From: Macrostomum hystrix
Lineage: Eukaryota > Animalia > Platyhelminthes
NCBI GenBank assembly: GCA_950097015.1
Contig: CATNEN010000014.1
Span: 2,046,001 to 2,110,000, forward strand
DNA: 64,000 bases
Direction: 5' to 3'
Part shown: positions 22,919 through 33,631 of the stretch, piece after piece
Layout of the letters: the number at the start of each line of letters is the position of its first letter
Numbering within the stretch: position 1 is the stretch's first letter
The notes under the pieces: model-generated
Told to the model about the DNA's origin: nothing
What the model saw: the letters and a program-made list of their open reading frames with translations, nothing else
Databases searched by the model: none
Translations under genes and position numbers: made by a program

Positions 22919-24062
22919 TGCCAAGCGTTTCTTAAAGCAAGGCTTTCTAAGAAAACTGATTATTGGCGAATTCACAGACGCTGAAAATGCCTGCTTTCTC
23001 AATGAGTATATTGTGCCGAAACTCGTGGGCGACGTTGCAATGCAACTCGTAAATGCGTTGGACTTTGATCGCAGCTGAGCTGCTGGTCACTGCATGGTCT
23101 GCGCCGTGATAAGCCAACAGGTTCATTGGTGAGCGGAGATAGCGGAGTGAGTGAGCGAGAGTGGGTTGCAGAGAATGCCTGGCGCATGGCACTCATTGAG
23201 CTTCCATATCAAAAGGGCGCAGGGCTGCGTGCAGCTCGAGTTGCAAAGTTATTTCAAACAGCAGTTTTAATTCTCTTGCGTCCTTTAAGTCCTGAGAAAT
23301 CAGGCAACACAGACACTGGATAGCAGGGTTTCACACAGCTAAGTGTGTTTAGAAAATAGAATTTCTTACAGAACTGTTCGAATAGCGTTTATTCGGATAC
23401 TGAACTGTACGTTGCCTGCTGAACCAAAGACTAAATAATGTATTGCTAAGACGGGGAATATAGAATATGATAGACAAAATATGCATTAGTTAGAAGTCAA
23501 TCATAATGCCTATCGAAGTAAATAAGGATTTATGACTCTGCAACTGCTGTCACAACACGTATTAATAAGTATTGCAAATAAAATTGCACATAGTGAATTC
23601 AGTCGGGTTCTCAGTCGGGAGAACAGAGACTAGACCGGAACTCCTGGGGATAAAATTTGCCAAAAACGAAATGATTAATTTGAGACTCCAGCAATATTCA
23701 CATGTGACTTGACTAATCACTAATCATTGATTACAGACCTGAAAACATGGTCTCAGGGCGCCAAAATGTGGCATCACATTAACTGCCTACTTAGAACAGT
23801 AGTTTAAAAGCGTATAACGCAAACTTGTGCATCTTGTTTTCAAAGTAAACAAATATTTTAGTAGCAACGACAACAATTAAAAACAGCAGTCTTACGGATG
23901 CTAAGCCAATAGCTACAAAGCAAATTATAAAACGATTGGCTTTAACGAAGTCTCCTATTGACAGTTCAGAATTGAACTTTGATGTTAGCAGTGCCAGTTA
24001 GTCCAGCAGACTTCCCCAAATCGGAGAAAGCTTCATAGGATAAAATTCTAGCCGACAGGTCT

Positions 24063-27000
24063 CTACGCCAGCTGCAGGCCTGCCAGCGCCACTGACGACA
24101 GCTTGCCGACGGCGCCACTGACGTCGACGCCGGTGAGGGCCTGGACGGCGGGTGGCAGGTTGCCCAGCAGGCGGGACACCTCCGAGGTGGTGCGGTCGTC
24201 GCCCAGCACGACGATCTCATCAATGCGCGACAGCGGAGCGGCGACCTCGGCGGCGACGCGGGGCAGCGCGTCCAGGCTCATCTCCAGGATGGCCGCGTCT
24301 CCGTAGGCCCGGTAGGCCGCGGCCTTCAGGCGCATCTCCTCGGCCTGAGCGCGGCCGACGGCGGCGATGGAGGCGGCTTCGGCGGCGCCGCGAGCTCGGA
24401 TGGACTCCGCCTCGGCCTGGGCCACCTTCACGCGGCGGTAGCGCTCGCCTTCGGCCACCGTTTGTACCTGGCGATGGTCGAGTTGGGTCATTATTAACTT
24501 GGGTCATAAACCAGTTGGGTCATAAACCAGTTGGGTCATAAACCAGTTGGGTCATAAACCAGTTGGGTCATAAACCAGTTGGGTCATAAACCAGTTGGGT
24601 CATAAACCAGTTGGGTCATAAACCAGTTGGGTCATAAACCAGTTGGGTCATAAACCAGTTGGGTCATAAACCAGTTGGGTCATAAACCAGTTGGGTCATA
24701 AACCAGTTGGGTCATAAACCAGTTGGGTCATAAACCAGTTGGGTCATAAACCAGTTGGGTCATAAACCAGTTGGGTCATAAACCAGTTGGGTCATAAACC
24801 AGTTGGGTCATAAACCAGTTGGGTCATAAACCAGTTGGGTCATAAACCAGTTGGGTCATAAACCAGTTGGGTCATAAACCAGTTGGGTCATAAACCAGTT
24901 GGGTCATAAACCAGTTGGGTCATAAACCGATTAGGTCATAAACCAGTTGGGTCATAAACCAGTTGGGTCATAAACCAGTTGGGTCATAAACCAGTTGGGT
25001 CATAAACCAGTTGGGTCATAAACCAGTTGGGTCATAAACCAGTTGGGTCATAAACCAGTTGGGTCATAAACCAGTTGGGTCATAAACCAGTTGGGTCATA
25101 AACCAGTTGGGTCATAAACCAGTTGGGTCATAAACCAGTTGGGTCATAAACCAGTTGGGTCATAAACCAGTTGGGTCATAAACCAGTTGGGTCATAAACC
25201 AGTTGGGTCATAAACCAGTTGGGTCATAAACCAGTTGGGTCATAAACCAGTTGGGTCATAAACCAGTTGGGTCATAAACCAGTTGGGTCATAAACCAGTT
25301 GGGTCATAAACCAGTTGGGTCATAAACCAGTTGGGTCATAAACCGATTAGGTCATAAACCAGTTGGGTCATAAACCAGTTGGGTCATAAACCAGTTGGGT
25401 CATAAACCAGTTGGGTCATAAACCAGTTGGGTCATAAACCAGTTGGGTCATAAACCAGTTGGGTCATAAACCAGTTGGGTCATAAACCAGTTGGGTCATA
25501 AACCAGTTGGGTCATAAACCAGTTGGGTCATAAACCAGTTGGGTCATAAACCAGTTGGGTCATAAACCAGTTGGGTCATAAACCAGTTGGGTCATAAACC
25601 AGTTGGGTCATAAACCAGTTGGGTCATAAACCGATTAGGTCATAAACCAGTTGGGTCATAAAACCAGTTGGGTCATAAACCAGTCTCTGAAAAGTTGAGA
25701 AGTCGCCCTGAGCTGACCTTGAAGGCCTCGGCCTCGGCGGGCCGCTTGATGCTGGCGTCCAGCTCCTTCTCATTGCGCAGGATCTCTTTCTCCTCGATCT
25801 CGATGAGTTTGCGCTTCTCGCGCACCTCGATCTCGATCTCCTCGGCGCGAATTTTCTGCCGCTCCTTGGCGCCCTGCAGACTGTAGGCCAGCTCGGACTG
25901 GGCCTTGGCTCGGTTCACCTGAGGATGACGCCAGCGGGGGTGGATTTCAGTGGCTCAACTGCGGCCTGCATTCCTGCAAAGTTCAGTAAGGCCTTAGCAC
26001 AAGCCACTCACTTCAGTGTCAAAGGCCGCCTTCTGCATCTGGAAGTGGCGCGCGCTGTCCGCAATCTGCGAGTCGGCAAGGTACTTGACGTCCAGGCGGG
26101 CACGCTCGCACTCCGCCTCCTTGATGCCGGCGTCTCGCTCGGCTTGGGCGACGCCGATATCAGCGTCTCGCTTCACATTGGCCACCTGAGTGCGGCCCAG
26201 GCTGTTCAGGTACTCCACCTTGTCATAGACGTCCTTGATGGTGAAGGACAGGATCTCGATGCCCATGCGGCCCACATCCGGGGCGGCCATCTCGCGGACA
26301 AGCGCGGCGAACTGGTCGCGGTCCTTGTAGATGGACTCCACGGACAGCGTGCCCAGGATGGCGCGCAGGTGGCCCTCCATGGTCTGCAGGATGGAATTCT
26401 CGATCTCGCGCCTGCTCTTGCCAAGGAACTGCTGGCAGGCCGTCTGCAGCAGCTCGCCGTCCGTCATCACCTTGATCTGGGCCACGCCTGGGGACAAACA
26501 GGTTGAGCCGAATGTGACCCGATTGATTCACTGCTCACAGTGTCTGAGTCAGTCAGTCAAAACTGCTCAGTCTCTGAGTCGGTCAGTCAACACTGCTCAC
26601 AGTGTCTGAGTCGGTCAGTCAACACTGCTCTCAGTCTCTGAGTCGGTCAGTCAACACTGCTCAGTCTCTGAGTCGGTCAGTTAACACTGCTCAGTCTCTG
26701 AGTCGGTCAGTTAACACTGCTCTCAGTCTCTGAGTCGGTCAGTCAACACTGCTCACAGTCTCTGAGTCGGTCAGTTAACACTGCTCAGTCTCTGAGTCGG
26801 TCAGTTAACACTGCTCAGTCTCTGAGTCGGTCAGTCAACACTGCTCTCAGTCTCTGAGTCGGTCAGTCAACACTGCTCACAGTCTCTGAGTCTGTCAGTC
26901 AACACTGCTCTCAGTCTCTGAGTCGGTCAGTCAACACTGCTCAGTCTCTGAGTCGGTCAGTTAACACTGCTCTCAGTCTCTGAGTCGGTCAGTTAACACT

Positions 27001-30000
27001 GCTCAGTCTCTGAGTCGGTCAGTCAACACTGCTCTCAGTCTCTGAGTCGGTCAGTCAACACTGCTCACAGTCTCTGAGTCTGTCAGTCAACACTGCTCTC
27101 AGTCTCTGAGTCGGTCAGTCAACACTGCTCAGTCTCTGAGTCGGTCAGTTAACACTGCTCTCAGTCTCTGAGTCGGTCAGTCAACACTGCTCACAGTCTC
27201 TGAGTCGGTCAGTCAACACTGCTCAGTCTCTGAGTCGGTCAGTTAACACTGCTCTCAGTCTCTGAGTCGGTCAGTCAACACTGCTCTCAGTCTCTGAGTC
27301 GGTCAGTCAACACTGCTCACAGTCTCTGAGTCGGTCAGTCAACACTGCTCAGTCTCTGAGTCGGTCAGTTAACACTGCTCTCAGTCTCTGAGTCGGTCAG
27401 TCAACACTGCTCACAGTCTCTGAGTCGGTCAGTCAACACTGCTCAGTCTCTGAGTCGGTCAGTCAACACTGCTCAGTCTCTGAGTCGGTCAGTCAACACT
27501 GCTCAGTCTCTGAGTCGGTCATGCAACGGAATAGTGGTCGCGCTCACCTGTGACAGTGACGGGAACGCCTTCAGAAGTTTCCACATTTTCGCACACAGGT
27601 GTCAGTGTCATCACCTCCAGTGTCAGGCTGGTTAAATTAAAAAATGAGCACTAGCGGCTGCTGGATGAATGAGCAAACATTGAAGCCAGACTTAAAACAA
27701 TACGCATTAGGAACACTTACGTCTGCACCTCGGTGACCCACCACCAGGCCCAGCCCCAGCCGCCAATTACGGTGCGCACAGACTGGTCACCGCAGCAGCC
27801 ACCTGGGCGACAGTAAGGTACAGGATGGGGATAGGGAATCAAATAGTGTCCTTGAGAAAGATTATTGATTCCCTACTGTACTCGTATTTTAAGCACAGCT
27901 CACCCAGCTGTAAAATGCGTACCAGCTTCTGTTCGAACCTCCCCAGTCCATGGACTGAACACCTGTACGCAGCTTTTGGAAGCACCCCGCAATAGCTTCA
28001 GCTGTGCACATGTGGCTTAACTGGGCCAGGTATGTGTATCTAACGTGAGTGCGAAGTTTGCCAGCGGGACATTTGCTAGCTTACAATACTGTCTGTCTTA
28101 CAATATACTTTTAAGTTGTACATTTTCTATTCTGAGGCAATCAGCTTTAGTTTTGTATGAAAATAGGGCGTATGACTCATGACTTGAAGGTCGGGGGTTC
28201 GATTCCCGACTCCACTGGAACAATTTGTGTCCTTTAGCAAGACACTTAACTCTGCATTGCTTCAGTTCACCCAGCTGTTAAATGGGTACCAGCATTAGCT
28301 GGGTAATTGAAGGTGGGTGTGGCGTCCCCCAGTCCATGGACTGAACAGCTGTACGCAGCCTTCAGATGCGCCATGCAATAGCTGCGGCTGTGCTGTCGGC
28401 TGCACATCTGGCCCAATTTGGGCAGGTGTAATGAATTATTATTAATTATCAATTATATCAGATCATAATTGTATTCTGCTCAATCTTGGATTTCTCGGAA
28501 AAAATTCTTGCGTTAATCTGCGCTGCTTCCATTTTCGGGAAGCAGACCAGCCCAGAAAAGTGTAAAAGCCTAAAAAATATATATTAAACGTTTGCAACTT
28601 TGGCTTGCCGAGAGCGTCGGGCAATGAGCTTTAGAGTCAGCGGCGTTGCCATGGCAACGGCAAGCAGAGACCTAGGCTGAACTGTTTGCACACGGGCAGT
28701 CGCAGGCATAATAGGTCCGCGCTTGATTTGGTTTGGGGATATTTTGCCTCTGCTCAAATCTCCCCTCGTCTATTCTAACTGTGAGCGGCCTGTGTACCCG
28801 TCCGTTCCCGAGGCGGAAGAGGGTCGAGAAAATCAAAGAGAATAGAAAGAGGCTAGCAGTCAGTTCAGGCTGTGAATGCAGTTGGCTCATCAAGAGTGTA
28901 GGCAATGCATCGGTAACAGTACATTTTCCCATTTGTTACTAAGTAGGAGTACCCCACCAATCAATAGCAAATTAAACGATAGATCGAGTCGCTTCTCTGT
29001 TAGTTTCCGCAGTGGCCAATTTATCAATGCACATGCAGTATTGGGCTAGTCACTGTTAAAGTGGGAAATTAATCCCGAACAGTTTATCAGCATCGGGCGG
29101 GTTAACACAGGCAATAAGCACCCTTACTAATGCTGCCTGCACACACCAGGGAGAAGGAAAACTGGATGAAGAAGAGATAAGCGCCCGGCGCCAATCGATA
29201 GGCCAGTCGGTGCTGCTGCTAAAAATAGCACGGCATCTACACTGGCATGTACACTGGCATGTACACTGCGGGTCAACGACGGCGACAGCTCAGAGAGAGG
29301 AAGAGAGGGCGGACTCGCAATGGTGGGTGGGCAGACGAAGTAATAGAGACAGACAGAGCTGTCGCCAAAGCTTTCCCACTGCCTGTACGCTCTTCTTCCA
29401 CTGCTAAGATCTTCTTTCACCACAATAACATTCTCAAGAGTGATCAACAATTTCTCATCTCTCTCCATACCCTTTAAGTTGCCATGTTCTTGATTCTTTA
29501 TCCTTCCTCTGGTGCTCGTGCTGCGCTTTCATTACCACTGCCCTCCCAATTTCCTGTGATTTGAGCACAGAATGCGCGCATAATGCGTATTATTCTTATT
29601 GGATATATTGCAGATTCGGCCAAAACATAGTCAGAGCTGACTGCAAATTTGCTTTTGCACTCATTCCATACAGCTTGGAATGGAAACTATAGCTAGTAAC
29701 TTCAACACATAAAAATTTAAATTAATAAAATTTCTGGGGTCAGTCATATAACTTTGAGTTCAAAACTTGTAAGGATTACCAAAAATGGGCCTATTTTTCG
29801 TTTTTGTCATTTCTGACCAAATTTACCAATAGCTGTCATACACAATTTTATAATTTTACCATTCTTCACCTGTAGATATTTTAGATAAAAAAACCTAAAA
29901 TTTTATATTTTAATAGTTAAAAATGTAATATATAGACTTATTCATCTTTTAACATAACTTTATTATTACAAATCACGACTTAAAATCCTTATCTATGATT

Positions 30001-30415
30001 GAATACTTGCGCTCCTGGTGTGATCAAAATTGCGGAGCAGCTAATGAAGAAAAAAATTTAACAGCTACTCCAACTAACAAAATAATTTTACAGTCTTTTT
30101 GATAATATTATAGTACGATATTTTCTTTCGTCCAGAATGGAGGGATTGTGTCTTAATACATAAAAAATAAAACGTACATTTAACATATGATATTAATGCT
30201 AAAAGCGTTTAGCTTAAAACGTAAAATTCTATTAACATTTTTATATAACACTTATCCTTATCCTTTCGAACATATTCACTATGATAAGAGGGTAAAAGAG
30301 GAAAAAGCTTGAACTAAAAAACGTGGTCTAAAGGCAAAAAAGTAATCACAAAATACATTACTTTACCTGAAATAACAAGCGCTTCGTTAGGTCCTACTGT
30401 GTGTATATTACCCAT
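24063..30415 (-). CDS. FLOT2: Flotillin-2 (reggie-1), ~430 aa
   Basis: Exons 30415-30367, 27802-27721, 27627-27548, 26487-26012, 25918-25718, 24467-24063 sum to 1293 nt. MGNIHTVGPNEALVISGGCCG N-terminus, GGWGWAWW, EGHLRAILGTL..DRDQFA..VREMAAPDVGRMGIEILSFTIKDV and EA-rich flotillin repeats match flotillin-2. Confidence 0.95.
24481..25683. repeat. 16-bp minisatellite, ~75 units, last flotillin intron
   Basis: Unit TAAACCAGTTGGGTCA, nearly invariant. Confidence 0.97.
26528..27520. repeat. 30/32-bp minisatellite, ~31 units, flotillin intron 3
   Basis: Unit CAGTCTCTGAGTCGGTCAGTCAACACTGCT, with or without a 2-nt insertion. Confidence 0.96.
28160..28450 (+). mobile_element. tRNA-derived SINE family B with CORE-like central domain
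   Basis: B box GGTTCGATTCC at ~28196, followed by TGTGTCCTTTAGCAAGACACTTAAC..CAGTTCACCCAGCTGTTAAATGGGTACC (resembles the MIR/CORE-type conserved domain) and an ATT tail. A diverged sister copy lies at ~27835-28050 and a reverse fragment at ~59922-59962. Confidence 0.72.
28644..28659. promoter_or_regulatory. Perfect RFX X-box palindrome
   Basis: CGTTGCCATGGCAACG; the core GTTGCCATGGCAAC equals the RFX/DAF-19 consensus. Located in flotillin intron 1. Confidence 0.55.
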
Positions 30416-31826
30416 TTGACTTCGTCAATGTGATTATCGGTCGCGTAAGTAAAATTATCGAAGTAAAATCTGCCTTCGATAGCTACGGAACGCATTCACC
30501 TAGTATAAAGCTTGCAAAAAAGTTTTGTATTTATTGTACCGCAGGGAATTTAAACTAAGTAATGAGTTGTTATCATGCAAGTAAAAAAAGTAAAAAATCA
30601 ATAAGCAAAGTATATTTACTGCATTAAATATAATTACACGAAAGGATTTGTAGATATATTGCTATAAACAAAAACGTTTTGTTTTTCTTCTTTAAGTGCA
30701 CAGCTTTGAAAGGTTTTTCCGATTTTTTGGGCGAAACCATGATACAGATTTTAACAATGTATATCATTATTCAAACGATTCCATTTTTAAAGCTATCGAT
30801 TTTCGCTTTCAGATTTTCAATCACCTTTATAGTTTACTCATGGAACAAAATGTTGTGTTTAGACGAAACATGTTATAAGAACCCGCAACATTTTGACGAC
30901 GAAGTTTTGGTACTTAATTAATGTTACAAGGACCACTAGTAGATCTCTACTCCACTACTCCTATTTGTCCTTGTAATAATTATGGACGTATCACTCACTA
31001 TTAGAAAGTATAATATTCGATGACTATTTAGTATTAATATATCACTATTAGGAAGTAATCTAATGTATTTATACGGTGCAAGCACTCTAATGAGGATTCA
31101 CGATTAAAAACACGAAAGTTTATTTCTTCGTTTCCACAATTTAAATGAATAAACGAAATCATTTTATTAGGTTGTTTCAGTTTTTGGCCGGGAAATCGAT
31201 CATGCTCTCCAGCCCACGAATAATCCTATAACTAATTTCTCGTAGTGCACTTTCTCGTAGCTTATCGAATTTATCTAAGCTGTGCATATCTAATGCAAAT
31301 GTCTAATTTCAACTTTAATTGTATTTATGGGTGAATTTAAGCAAATAAAAGTACGTGCGTATACAGCACTGAGCGTCCCAAAATAAAAATTACTTTTTAC
31401 TAACTGAATTTTAAAAGATTACTGAAACGATCATACTCATGCAGCATGCAGCTGCATGAAGTCATCGACTACAGGTATCTCAATTGGTTTAACTTAAGAA
31501 TAAATGAGCTTTGACTGTGCATGTGCATTTTTCAGTTGACTACCAAAGTTGGTTTAAATTTGTACGAACATCATCAGCGTCTCGGCACTAAAACACGCAA
31601 AAAGACTCAGTGTTATAAACTTGACAAGAAGCTATTGTCTATGGTAAAAGATCGTTCTTAAGTAACTTTCCTTGTCTTATTTTATGCCTTACGCATTTTG
31701 CTTAGACAAGTACAGTGACTCATTCACTAACTTTGAGGATAATTAATTTGGTAGCTACTATCGAAACAAAAGTGAGTATACTTTGCGGATATTAACGCTC
31801 AAGGCACTGCAGAAGCAGAAAGCAAG

Positions 31827-32813
31827 ATGTCAATCACAGAAGAGTCGAAGCGGGCCTACTTTGGTGCGCGCGAGGTGTTCATTGAGGCCTACAATGACTT
31901 CCTGCGCAAGCTGCTGGGCCTGTTGTCCGATGCGCAGTCATCTAGCAAATATGCACACGCGCAAGATGACGTTACTCGATTTTCTGAAGAAGTGAAGGTT
32001 CTGCAAAGCCACATTGAGGACTTTCAGAGAACCGTCGAGCGTGATTCTCCATCATCTTCGGCAACTCCACGAGGGATTTCCAGCGAAGTGGACCGGGTCT
32101 CGAGCCCTGGCGAATACGCTCAGCCGACACAGCTCGATGAGTCCACTGCGGTTCCGTTGCTAGGACGTGGAGGAACTACGAGTGCATCGGATCAGAAGTC
32201 AAGTTCTAAGTCGAGAGATTCGTCATCACACGACACGAACGAAGAACTGCAGGTGGAAGTTGAGTCCCAGCCGTCTCAGTTGTCGCCGGTCGATGAGCCC
32301 GTCGATGAGCCGGTCGATGAGGCTCCAGTGATTCTGCCTCCACCACTTGCAGATGATAGCCGTGTCGTATCCGCATTTTGCGCCTTTCGCTATCACAAGG
32401 CTGAATTTCGGCAGCTGTTCATGGGCCAGGGAAGCAACAACAACAGTTGCTACAGCGTCCTTGGAAGTGGCGCTGTTGACAAGCTGGCTGCTGAGAGCAT
32501 CCAGCAGTCACTGCTTTCAATGCCGCCTCCAGCGTGGGTTGGTCCTCTCGCACAATGTACCCTGCGCTTGATGCGTTCCGCCTTTCGCAACGCAAAACCA
32601 GAGCGCTGGGAAACCCTGAAGCGACGCCTTGCTGGCTACGGCTTCCGCCCGGAAGTGCACTTAGCTCTCTGGCTGCGGCTGTCTGACAACGAGGCCGCCT
32701 GCATGGAACCAGCGGACGTGTTTAACGCCATCCCACCGCTATCTAGTCTACCAAAGAGGCTGGCAGCAGAAACTACGTTAATGCTGCAGACCCTCAACCT
32801 GCTGAGCCAGTGA
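31827..32813 (+). CDS. Uncharacterised 328-aa ORF, head-to-head with flotillin-2
   Basis: Uninterrupted GC-rich 987-nt ORF in AT-rich surroundings. Possible 41-nt 5'UTR intron at 31772-31812 (GTGAGT...CTGCAG). No family recognised. Confidence 0.65.
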   Translation: MSITEESKRAYFGAREVFIEAYNDFLRKLLGLLSDAQSSSKYAHAQDDVTRFSEEVKVLQSHIEDFQRTVERDSPSSSATPRGISSEVDRVSSPGEYAQPTQLDESTAVPLLGRGGTTSASDQKSSSKSRDSSSHDTNEELQVEVESQPSQLSPVDEPVDEPVDEAPVILPPPLADDSRVVSAFCAFRYHKAEFRQLFMGQGSNNNSCYSVLGSGAVDKLAAESIQQSLLSMPPPAWVGPLAQCTLRLMRSAFRNAKPERWETLKRRLAGYGFRPEVHLALWLRLSDNEAACMEPADVFNAIPPLSSLPKRLAAETTLMLQTLNLLSQ

Positions 32814-33631
32814 CAGCCTATCTTTGACGTGACCAACGCCAGAACCAATTTTTGACTTTGTTTTTAACACCTTTGAGTCACGCATTGTCACTTCGAGCCT
32901 GTGTTTTCACAGCTGGTGCACGCGGATGCCATGGACGGATCGAGGACCCGGACGTCCTGCTGGCCTCCTTCGTGAATTCCTTCAGTTTAAGAGAATATGT
33001 GTATTTTTTACTTCATTTTGATTGTCCCCGGATTTTTTAAAACCAGCGAGTGGAAAACAGCACGACTTGCATAGAAGTCCGTCTGCTACCATATTTAGTT
33101 AGGAGCAGAAAGAAGTATTGTCGAACTCCCATGCACATTAAAAATAATACAAGACTCGTGCACTCTTGTTTAATTCTCGTGGGACAACCAAAGAAAGTAT
33201 TTTGCAGTTCAAGTTCAGTTCTAAGTAAATATTAATTTCGTTAAAATAACTCTCTGCCAAAAAATGAGCTTTTTTGGCGTACTTTCTCCTCGAAACAACT
33301 TTAAAGCGCCAGTCTTTGCGTCTCTGAGTTTTTCTTCCACTGCCAAAAGGGCCGCAACCGTACCATGCATCTAGGATGAAGAGTGATGTTTAAAGGATGG
33401 CCAACTGCATGAGCACACTAAGCGCACTGAGCACACTAAACACCCACTCAGATGCATTTTGTCTTGCATATGACGCTCTCTACAAACACCAAGAGTTATT
33501 CAGTCTTGCTTCAATTCTCAATGATTTGAAATTGGAATAGAAATGTGTAAAAAAATCTGTCAGAAAAGAAGTACCAGAAGAAAGCTACTTGAGCATTTTG
33601 ATTAGTATATCTTTCTATAGTCCCAGCGCTA

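Noticed and set aside
28165-28215. Possible tRNA gene
   Set aside because: It has a B box but no complete cloverleaf, and it continues into a SINE body that has a sister copy.
29127-29468. 113-aa minus-strand ORF in flotillin intron 1
   Set aside because: Low-complexity translation with no motif or convincing splice context.
30922-30975. 10-bp inverted repeat TTACAAGGAC...GTCCTTGTAA in the FLOT2/orphan intergenic region
   Set aside because: A single short stem is within chance expectation for 64 kb.
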